This document shows positions 1-7,762 of a DNA stretch of 12,470 nt, in pieces (position 1 is the first letter of the stretch; each line of letters starts with the position of its first letter). Below the pieces are notes generated by a model that saw only the letters and a list, made by a program, of their open reading frames with translations, was not told the DNA's origin and ran no database searches. The translations under genes and the position numbers were made by a program. Source of the DNA: Polyangiaceae bacterium (GTDB lineage Bacteria > Myxococcota_A > Polyangia > Polyangiales > Polyangiaceae); contig DASQNT010000290.1 in the NCBI GenBank assembly GCA_035644855.1, positions 1 to 12,470 on the forward strand. Reading direction: 5' to 3'.

Positions 1-1
1 G

Positions 2-517
2 CCCCACGTCTACCTCGATGCCGACCACAACGTGCGGACGTCAAGCGTGCATCGCGACTACTCGCACGAGATGGCGCCGGTGCTTGCCGAGGTCGCGCTC
101 ATGCTTGCGCCGAGCGCGGATGCACTCGCACGGAGCTTTGCTGCAAGGGGACCTAAGGCGCTGTCGGGGATGGGTGACGACGTGGCACATGCCGTCATTC
201 ATCGAGAAATCGCGCACGGCGAACGAGTCTCAAGCATCGTTAACGAGGTCGCTGATCTCACCCGTCGCACGCGCCTTGAACATAGTGTCGCTTCTCTTGC
301 GGACGGGCGGCGCGTAATCGTATACGGTGGACGAGACGGGATCGACTTCGCGCGAATGGATATCCGAAGAATCTTGGGGCACAGCCATCCCCCTGGAAGC
401 TTACCAGGGCCCAGTTCAGAAGACGCGGCAGCGATGGGCTACTACTTTCAGAGGAGTTCGTGGCTAATCGAGGTCGGGCCAAGCACCTCGCAGGTGTCAC
501 GAATCCGGGTGCCTTGA
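2..517 (+). CDS. 3' end of a gene that starts upstream of the window (5'-truncated). The C-terminal region is hypothetical with a JAB/MPN (RadC-like) metallopeptidase-like motif, and it may be the C-terminal tip of a polymorphic toxin.
   Basis: Frame 2 is open from the window edge (PHVYLDADHNV...) with no stop before the listed GTG at 32, so the gene continues 5' of the window; TGA at 515-517. The C-terminus reads ...IRRILGHSHPPGSLPGPSSEDAAAMGYYF. This is a hydrophobic strand followed by H-x-H-x8-S-x2-D, close to the JAB/RadC consensus HNHPSG...PSxxD (one extra spacer residue). GC falls from ~70% to ~55% over the last ~170 nt. No domain search could be run. Confidence 0.45.
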   Translation, partial: PHVYLDADHNVRTSSVHRDYSHEMAPVLAEVALMLAPSADALARSFAARGPKALSGMGDDVAHAVIHREIAHGERVSSIVNEVADLTRRTRLEHSVASLADGRRVIVYGGRDGIDFARMDIRRILGHSHPPGSLPGPSSEDAAAMGYYFQRSSWLIEVGPSTSQVSRIRVP

Positions 518-532
518 TATAGGGAGGATACC

Positions 533-970
533 GTGGTTGTTGTCACTTCTGGTACAATTTGTGGGATATGCGGGAGACCGTTACTGGGTGCCAAAGCGTC
601 CGCAATTCGCCATTTCATTCGCAATACCAGGGATCCGCTATATCCATTCTCCGGCCGTGCTTTTCATGCCAGTTGTTTTGAAGCCTGGCCTGAGCGTGAG
701 CATGCAGTAGCCGTGAGCACAGAGCGGATGTTTCGCATGACTTCACCTCAGACATGCACCGTTTGCGGCGAGCGGATACTCGACCAAGGATGCAGCACTG
801 ACCTGCTGACGACTATTCGAGAGAGCCCTCTGTATAGATACAGCTACTTGTCCTTCCATCCAGAGCATTGGAGCCAGTGGCCTGAAGTGAGGAATTTCGA
901 GCGTGCTTTGGAGGAAGCGGCCCGATCCGGCCTATGGGAGGGTAGCTCGACGGTTCCAATACTGGGCTGA
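533..970 (+). CDS. Hypothetical 145-aa Cys/His-rich (zinc-knuckle) protein in a low-GC island; candidate immunity or partner protein of the upstream gene
   Basis: GTG start 4 nt after a strong SD AGGGAGGA (521-528). The start is 15 nt after the upstream stop, suggesting a tightly coupled pair. The ORF has ~52% GC against ~70% background. Ligand pattern: C10-x2-C13, H46-x2-C49 (within FHASCFEAW), C76-x2-C79. No signal peptide or TM segment. No family recognised by eye. Confidence 0.55.
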   Translation: MVVVTSGTICGICGRPLLGAKASAIRHFIRNTRDPLYPFSGRAFHASCFEAWPEREHAVAVSTERMFRMTSPQTCTVCGERILDQGCSTDLLTTIRESPLYRYSYLSFHPEHWSQWPEVRNFERALEEAARSGLWEGSSTVPILG

Positions 971-997
971 GGCGCAATCCAGCAAGTCGCACGGGTT

Positions 998-1141
998 GTT
1001 CAACGTTCGACCCTCCTCGATCCGCAGACGTTCTTCTACGACGCGCGCGGGCGCTTGCTCGACGGCGACGGGCAGCAGTACGCGTACACGAGCTTCGACC
1101 TCCCGCGGATCTCGATCTCGAAGCCCGAGCTAAGCGGCTGA
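998..1141 (+). pseudogene. Short start-less coding remnant with a YD/Rhs-repeat-like peptide (...LLDPQTFFYDARGRLLDGDGQQYAYTSFDLPRISISKPELSG*); probable gene fragment
   Basis: Frame 2 is open from the stop of the 533-970 ORF to TGA at 1139-1141, but has no ATG/GTG/TTG start. Third-codon positions are about 90% G/C across roughly 40 codons, which is host-like coding bias. The peptide contains YDxxGRL plus a second Y-x-Y/T-S-F-D, resembling the Rhs/YD repeat consensus (xYxYDxxGRL). It was absent from the ORF track because it is short and start-less. Confidence 0.3.
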
Positions 1142-1267
1142 TCCAATATGCAGTCACGGATGCCTGAGCACCTCGCCATCCACGTTGGCGAGCGTCCAGG
1201 AATCGCATGACCTGAGCACGCTCTTCCGAGGCGACCTCGGACCTCGCGGCTGAGCCCCGGACGAGTT

Positions 1268-1303
1268 CTCGACCCTTGGAGGTTTGAACTCGACCCTTGG
1301 AGG
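1268..1303. repeat. Tandem direct repeat, 2 x CTCGACCCTTGGAGG with a 21-bp period
   Basis: Exact 15-nt copies at 1268-1282 and 1289-1303, separated by TTTGAA; intergenic. Confidence 0.5.
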
Positions 1304-1340
1304 CTAGCCCGCTACCCACTCCGCCTCCTTGCGAGACGTA

Positions 1341-1454
1341 GCCCTGGGAGAGGCCTGAATTCGTGGCCCTCGTGGGGGGTCCTGCTGTCTGAGCCGCGAA
1401 GCGGCGAGTTCGGGGGGCACCACGAGGGCCGCGAATTCAGGCCTCTCCCGGGGC
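1341..1454. repeat. Long near-perfect inverted repeat (about 35-bp stem, 44-nt loop) between convergent genes; candidate bidirectional terminator, structured RNA, or small palindromic mobile-element-like repeat
   Basis: Arm 1346-1375 (GGGAGAGGCCTGAATTCGTGGCCCTCGTGG) pairs with arm 1420-1449 (CCACGAGGGCCGCGAATTCAGGCCTCTCCC); its reverse complement has one mismatch. Pairing extends with 1341-1345/1450-1454 (one T.G). The loop contains a perfect mini-hairpin GCCGC-GAA-GCGGC (1393-1405). No U/T tract follows on either strand. Confidence 0.6.
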
Positions 1455-1472
1455 GGCCAGCCAAAACAGCGA

Positions 1473-1496
1473 CCTCCCCCTCCCCTCCCCTCCCCC
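1473..1496 (-). repeat. Poly-C tract on the plus strand, equal to the G-quadruplex motif G5-A-G4-A-G4-A-G5 on the minus strand, in the 3' UTR of the ABC operon
   Basis: Plus strand CCTCCCCCTCCCCTCCCCTCCCCC. The minus strand has four G-runs of at least 4 separated by single A, a canonical strong G4 pattern. It lies about 70-90 nt downstream of the minus-strand SBP stop (1565-1567). Confidence 0.55.
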
Positions 1497-1564
1497 AATA
1501 CCACCCCCCTCGAGTCGCGGCGGGCGCCCCCCACGCCCTCCGCTCTCGTCAACTCAACAGCGCG

Positions 1565-3346
<1,782 letters not shown>

Positions 3347-3353
3347 CGTTCAC

Positions 3354-3617
3354 CTAACCCCATCGCCCGACGGCGAGCATGAAGAGCACCGATATCCCTA
3401 CTGCAAACCATTGAGAAGCGCCGGAGAGCCCGGCCCACGCGAGGTTGATATACGCGCTCCCGAGCAGGCCCACAAAAAGCCTGTCGCCGCGCGTCGTCTC
3501 CATCGGGAGCAGGCCTCGCCTCGGGAGAGACGGCCGGACGATCCCGAGGACCGTATAGACCGCGATCAAGAGCCCGATCACCGCGAAGAACATCGCCGTC
3601 AGCGGCGTCCAGGCCAT
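3354..3617 (-). CDS. Small integral membrane protein, DUF2160-like (about 87 aa), accessory component of the ABC importer
   Basis: ATG at 3617 (MAWTPLTAMFFAVIGLLIAVYTVLG...). Two hydrophobic helices flank a METTRGDRLF motif that I recall as characteristic of DUF2160 proteins encoded between permease and SBP genes in glycerol-type ABC operons. The listed ORF extends 5' to 3749, but that extension overlaps the permease gene and is Arg/Gly-rich, so it is unlikely to be coding. Confidence 0.65.
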   Translation of the reverse strand: MAWTPLTAMFFAVIGLLIAVYTVLGIVRPSLPRRGLLPMETTRGDRLFVGLLGSAYINLAWAGLSGASQWFAVGISVLFMLAVGRWG

Positions 3618-3640
3618 CCACTGCGTCCACTCCACGGCGG

Positions 3641-4438
3641 CTACACCCTCCCGAGGGCGAAGCCCTTCGCGATGTAATTGCGGACGAACCCGATCACGAC
3701 CGCGCCGGGCACGATGGTCAGCACGCCCGCCGCGGCGAGGACGCCCCAATCCATCCCTGCGGCGCTCACGGTGCGGGTCATCGTGGCGGCGATGGGCTTC
3801 GCGTCGACCGACGTGAGCGTCCTCGCGAGGAGGAGCTCGACCCAGCTGAACATAAAGCAGAAGAACGCCGTCACGCCGACGCCCGACCGGATGAGCGGAA
3901 AGAAGATGCGGACGAAGAAGCGCGAGAAGCTATAGCCGTCGATATACGCCGTCTCGTCGATCTCGCGGGGCACGCCCGACATGAACCCCTCCAGGATCCA
4001 GACGGCGAGCGGCACGGTGAAGAGGGTGTGCGAGAGGGCCACGGCCCAGGGCGTGTCGAAGAGCCCGACGCTCGAATAGAGCTGAAAGAACGGCAGCAGA
4101 AAGACGGCCGGCGGCGACATCCGGTTCGTGAGCAGCCAGAAGAAGAGGTGCTTGTCGCCCATGAACCGGTAGCGCGAAAAGGCGTAGGCCGCGGGGAGCG
4201 CGACGGCGACCGAGAGGACAGTGTTGATCGCGACGTACGTGATCGAATTGATGTACCCGCGGCTCCAGCTCGGATCGGTGAAGATCGTGACGTAGTTCGC
4301 GAGCGTGACCTCCCTCGGCGCGATGGTGAAGGCGCCGAGGATCTCCTCGTTCGTCTTGAGCGACATCCCGACGAGCCAGTAAATGGGCACGAGGGAGAGG
4401 ATCAAATAGACCGGTAGGATCGCCCGCGCGGGCTTCAT
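3641..4438 (-). CDS. ABC transporter permease (MalG/UgpE-like inner-membrane subunit)
   Basis: True start is the ATG at 4438 (MKPARAILPVYLILSLVPIYW...), overlapping the upstream gene stop as ATGA (4435-4438). Six hydrophobic segments; EAA-loop motif REIDETAYIDGYSFSRFF. The 175-aa N-terminal extension in the ORF track (to 4963) lies inside the upstream permease gene in another frame and is an artefact. Confidence 0.85.
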   Translation of the reverse strand: MKPARAILPVYLILSLVPIYWLVGMSLKTNEEILGAFTIAPREVTLANYVTIFTDPSWSRGYINSITYVAINTVLSVAVALPAAYAFSRYRFMGDKHLFFWLLTNRMSPPAVFLLPFFQLYSSVGLFDTPWAVALSHTLFTVPLAVWILEGFMSGVPREIDETAYIDGYSFSRFFVRIFFPLIRSGVGVTAFFCFMFSWVELLLARTLTSVDAKPIAATMTRTVSAAGMDWGVLAAAGVLTIVPGAVVIGFVRNYIAKGFALGRV

Positions 4439-5298
4439 TTCGCCTGGCTCCGGGTCATGACGGTGTAAAAGACGTAGCTGAAGAGGAGGATCACGAGAAA
4501 GTAAATGAGCGAGAAGGCCGCGGCCGGGCCGAGGTCGAACTGGCCGACGGCGAGCCGGGTGAGGGACTGGCTCAGGAACGTGGTGGCGTTCCCCGGGCCG
4601 CCGCCCGTGAGGACGAACGGCTCGGTGTAAATCATGAAGCTGTCCATGAAGCGCAGGAGGACGGCGATGGTGAGGACGCCCCGGAGCTTGGGCAGCTCGA
4701 TATAGCGAAAGATGGCCCAGGCCGAGGCGCCGTCGATGCGGGCCGCCTGATAATAGGCCTCGGGGATCGCCCGGAGCCCCGCGAAGCAGAGCAGGGCCAC
4801 GAGCGGCGTCCAGTGCCACACGTCCATGACGACGACCGTGATCCACGCGTCGAAGGCGTTGGCGTTGTAATTGTATTTGATGCCCGCGGCGTTCACGAGG
4901 ACGCCGCCGAGGCCAATATCGCTCCTCGCGAAGACCTGCCAGATGGTCCCGACCACGTTCCACGGGATGAGCAGCGGGAGCGCGAGGAGGACGAGCGTCA
5001 CCGAGGCGCGGATGCCCCGGAGCGGCATCGCGAGGGCGATGCCTACGCCGAGCGGGATCTCAATCGCGAGGATCGTGAGGGAGAAGAGGATCTGCCTGAG
5101 GAAAGCGCCGTGGAGCTCCGGGTCGGTCAGGACCTTCACGTACCACTCGCGCCCGACGAAGACGCGCTGCTCGGGGCCGAGGATGTCCTGCACGGAGTAA
5201 TTGACCACCGTCATCAGCGGAATGACGGCGCTGAACGCCACGACGGCGAGGACGGGGATGACGAAGAGCCAGGCGCGGTTGTTCGTGGGTTTAACCAT
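4435..5298 (-). CDS. ABC transporter permease (MalF/UgpA-like inner-membrane subunit)
   Basis: ATG at 5298 (MVKPTNNRAWLFVIPVLAVVAF...). Multiple TM segments; EAA motif YYQAARIDGASAWAIFRYIELPKL. The stop overlaps the next permease start (ATGA), indicating translational coupling. Confidence 0.9.
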   Translation of the reverse strand: MVKPTNNRAWLFVIPVLAVVAFSAVIPLMTVVNYSVQDILGPEQRVFVGREWYVKVLTDPELHGAFLRQILFSLTILAIEIPLGVGIALAMPLRGIRASVTLVLLALPLLIPWNVVGTIWQVFARSDIGLGGVLVNAAGIKYNYNANAFDAWITVVVMDVWHWTPLVALLCFAGLRAIPEAYYQAARIDGASAWAIFRYIELPKLRGVLTIAVLLRFMDSFMIYTEPFVLTGGGPGNATTFLSQSLTRLAVGQFDLGPAAAFSLIYFLVILLFSYVFYTVMTRSQAK

Positions 5299-5310
5299 CT
5301 TCGCGCGCTC

Positions 5311-6417
5311 TCATGGGATGGCCCGCCCGCCCGCGTAGAGCGTGACCCATTGCGGCGGAAGCTCGAGATAGCACGCCTCCCCCTCCTTCACCTGCGCCTC
5401 CTCCGAGAGCTTCGCCCGCACCGTGTGCTCGCCCAGGCGCGCGGAGACGATCTTGCAGCGCCCGAGATCCTCGACGCGGGTAACAATGGCCTCCACCTGG
5501 GCGGCCGGGGGCTCGGGCGCCTCCATTCGGAGCCCCAGAAACTCGGGGCGGACGCCGAGGACGAGATCGCCGCCCGCGGCGCCCGCGGCTACTGCCTTCT
5601 CGCAAAGATCGGCGGGGAGCGGGATCCTGCGGCCCTCGACCACGGCGGAGGCGCCCTCGATCGAGCACGGGAGGAGGTTCATCCCGGGGCTCCCAATAAA
5701 GTAGCCGACGAAGATGTGCGCCGGGCGCTCAAAGAGATCCTGCGGGGTCCCCTGCTGGACCACGCGGCCCTCGCTCATGACAATGACCTCGTCGGCGAGC
5801 GTCAGCGCCTCGACCTGATCGTGGGTCACGTAGACGAGGGTCATTTTGAGCTCTTTATGGACCTGCATGAGCTTCCTGCGGAGCTGCCATTTCGCGTGCG
5901 GGTCGATGACGGTGAGCGGCTCGTCGAGCAGGATGGCCGCCACGTCTCTTCGGACGAGCCCGCGGCCGAGCGATATCCGCTGCTTCCTATCAGCCGAGAG
6001 CCCGCTCGCCTGCCGGCCGAGATCGCCCGTGAGATCGAGCAGGGCGGCGATTTGCTCCACGCGCTCCTGCGTCTCGCGCTTGCCGACGCCCCGGTTCCTG
6101 AGGGGAAACGCGAGGTTCTCGGCGACGGTCATGGTGTCGTAGAGGACCGGGAACTGGAACACCTGGGCGATATTTCGAGCCTGGGGCGGGGCCGAGGTCA
6201 CGTCTTTTCCGTGCACAATGACCGAGCCTGACGTCGGGCGGAGGAGGCCGGAGATGATATTGAGGAGCGTGGTCTTTCCGCAGCCCGACGGGCCCAGGAG
6301 GGCATACGCGCCGCCGTCCTCCCAGACGAGATCGAGGGGCTTCAGGGCATAGTCCCCCTCCGAAGCCGGGGAGGAGGCGTAACTATGGGCTATCTGGCGT
6401 AGCTCAATTCGGGCCAT
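5311..6417 (-). CDS. ABC transporter ATP-binding protein (MalK/UgpC-like, with C-terminal TOBE-like regulatory domain); degenerate signature motif
   Basis: Walker A GPSGCGKTT; Q-loop IAQVFQ; Walker B AILLDEPL; H-loop YVTHDQ. The signature motif is LSADRKQRISLGR instead of LSGGQ. The ATG at 6417 overlaps the upstream ATPase gene by 14 nt. Confidence 0.9.
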   Translation of the reverse strand: MARIELRQIAHSYASSPASEGDYALKPLDLVWEDGGAYALLGPSGCGKTTLLNIISGLLRPTSGSVIVHGKDVTSAPPQARNIAQVFQFPVLYDTMTVAENLAFPLRNRGVGKRETQERVEQIAALLDLTGDLGRQASGLSADRKQRISLGRGLVRRDVAAILLDEPLTVIDPHAKWQLRRKLMQVHKELKMTLVYVTHDQVEALTLADEVIVMSEGRVVQQGTPQDLFERPAHIFVGYFIGSPGMNLLPCSIEGASAVVEGRRIPLPADLCEKAVAAGAAGGDLVLGVRPEFLGLRMEAPEPPAAQVEAIVTRVEDLGRCKIVSARLGEHTVRAKLSEEAQVKEGEACYLELPPQWVTLYAGGRAIP

Positions 6418-7543
6418 TGAGAGGGGGAGCCGGGGCGGTGGTCGATGGGGACAATGCGCCGGGGGGCGCGGCGGCGAGCTTTCCGTCCAGCGTAAAGGCG
6501 AAGAGGCGGCTCGCCGCGAGGAAGAGGTCCAGGCGGGCGCCCAGGGGGTGCCGGTGGACGCCGGGCATCTGGGCGGTGATCGAGACCGGGCCCGAGGAGG
6601 CGTAGAGCAGCGTCTCGGAGCCGCTGATTTCCTCGAGCAGGACCGAGCATGGAAGCTTTTGATCCGCCTCGGACGAGGGCGTCAGGCGAACGTGGTTCGC
6701 GCGGACGCCGAGGCGGTATTTCCCGGGCTCGAGGGCGCCCATATGCCCGGTGAGCGGGATCGTTATGTCGTCGGTTATCCGGGCTTGTCCGCCCGAGGTC
6801 ACCTCCATCGCGAGGAGGTTCATCGGGGGGTCGCTGAACACCTCACCCACGCGGGAGGTGGCCGGAGCATTATAAACCTCGACGGCCGGGCCTATCTGGA
6901 GCAGGCGCCCCTCATCGAGCACGGCTGTTCGCCCGCCCAGGGCCAGGGCTTCCGCGGGCTCGGCGGTGGCGTAGACGACGACGGCGGCGCGATCTTGAAA
7001 CAGGCTCCGGAGCTCGCTCCGGAGCTCCTCGCGGAGCTTGTAATCGAGGTTCGCGAGGGGCTCGTCGAGGAGCACGAGGGCCGCGTCTTTCACGAGCGCC
7101 CTGGCGATGGCCGTGCGCTGCTGCTGGCCGCCGGAGAGCTCGGCCGGGAGGCGGTCGAGGAAGGGCGTGAGGCGGAGGAGGGCCGCGGCGTCGCGGACGC
7201 GCCGGTCGATGTCCTTTTTGTCAAGCCTCTTTTGCAGGCGGAGGGGCGAGGCGATGTTCTCGTAAACGGTGAGGGAGGGGTAATTGACGAACTGCTGATA
7301 GACCATCGCCACGTTGCGGCTCCGGACGTGGACCCGCGTCACGTCGGCGCCGCCTTCGAGGATCCTGCCGGACGTGGGGTGATCGAGGCCTGCTAGGAGG
7401 CGGAGGAGGGAGGTCTTGCCGGCCCGCGTCCGGCCGAGGAGCACCGTGAACGAGCCGGGCTCGAGGCGCATGCGGACGTCCTCGAGGTGCATTTCTCCGT
7501 CGACGATCCGCGTGACGCCGTCGAGCTCAAGGCCTCGTTTCAT
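6404..7543 (-). CDS. ABC transporter ATP-binding protein (second ATPase subunit); canonical signature motif but lacks the H-loop histidine
   Basis: Walker A GRTRAGKTS; Q-loop VAMVYQQ; signature LSGGQQQRTAIARAL; Walker B LVLLDEPLANLD. The position of the conserved VTHDQ is YATAEP (His to Ala). Start chosen at the ATG at 7543 (MKRGLELDGV..., N-terminus parallel to the partner's MARIELRQI). The 27-codon upstream extension to 7624 uses rare codons (AGA, TCT, CGT, CAA, TTG, TAT) atypical of this genome, so 7624 is a less likely alternative. Confidence 0.85.
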   Translation of the reverse strand: MKRGLELDGVTRIVDGEMHLEDVRMRLEPGSFTVLLGRTRAGKTSLLRLLAGLDHPTSGRILEGGADVTRVHVRSRNVAMVYQQFVNYPSLTVYENIASPLRLQKRLDKKDIDRRVRDAAALLRLTPFLDRLPAELSGGQQQRTAIARALVKDAALVLLDEPLANLDYKLREELRSELRSLFQDRAAVVVYATAEPAEALALGGRTAVLDEGRLLQIGPAVEVYNAPATSRVGEVFSDPPMNLLAMEVTSGGQARITDDITIPLTGHMGALEPGKYRLGVRANHVRLTPSSEADQKLPCSVLLEEISGSETLLYASSGPVSITAQMPGVHRHPLGARLDLFLAASRLFAFTLDGKLAAAPPGALSPSTTAPAPPLNGPN

Positions 7544-7762
7544 CGTCTCTCGGCACGTCCACGCATACAACGGGTTTTGGGCGTGACGAGAGGCTCTTCG
7601 GCTGGGCTCGCCCGCGCGGCGCATCCTACGAAACTCCGCGCGCGCGCGTCCAGCGCAAATCCCCGAGGCTGGGGATCACGGCGGCGCGCGCGGGGCGATC
7701 GGGGCGCGAGGCGGCTTGTTTTGTCGGGCTTTTGGGGTGGGCGAGCTGGCGGGCGCGGCGGG

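Noticed and set aside
533-970. Interpretation of the 145-aa protein as a bona fide RING-H2 finger
   Set aside because: The FHxxCxxxW segment matches, but the Cys3-x-His4 pair required for the second RING zinc site is absent and the spacing does not fit C3H2C3. Kept only as a weak resemblance.
813-1552. ORFs 813-1319 (-), 903-1133 (+) and 1304-1552 (-) in the structured intergenic region
   Set aside because: Arg/Ser/Gly-rich with no starts next to SDs. They span the inverted repeat and poly-C tract. The region is better explained as a non-coding structured spacer plus the frame-2 remnant.
3618-3749. 44-aa N-terminal extension of the DUF2160-like ORF
   Set aside because: Overlaps the permease 3' end and is Arg/Gly-rich. 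The hydrophobic protein begins at the ATG at 3617.
4439-4963. 175-aa N-terminal extension of the second permease in the ORF track
   Set aside because: Lies entirely inside the first permease gene in a different frame. The internal ATG at 4438 gives an ATGA-coupled start and a normal MalG-like N-terminus.
4813-6231. 472-aa plus-strand ORF antisense to the permease and ATPase genes (also 4028-4417, 4871-5200, 5423-5704, 5846-6142)
   Set aside because: Asp/Glu/Arg-rich low-complexity translations. The opposite strand carries bona fide Walker and EAA motifs. This is typical GC-driven open antisense frames.
6548-7396. 282-aa plus-strand ORF antisense to the first ATPase
   Set aside because: No motifs; overlaps a clearly recognisable ABC ATPase on the other strand.
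7544-7624. Alternative upstream ATG (7624) for the first ATPase
   Set aside because: The 27 extra codons use AGA, TCT, CGT, CAA, TTG and TAT, which are rare elsewhere in these genes. The 7543 start gives an N-terminus parallel to the partner ATPase. Kept as a lower-probability alternative.
7650-7700. CCCCAGCCUCGGGG hairpin plus UUU on the minus strand as terminator of the CAP gene
   Set aside because: Only a 4-bp stem and 3 U's; too weak to call.
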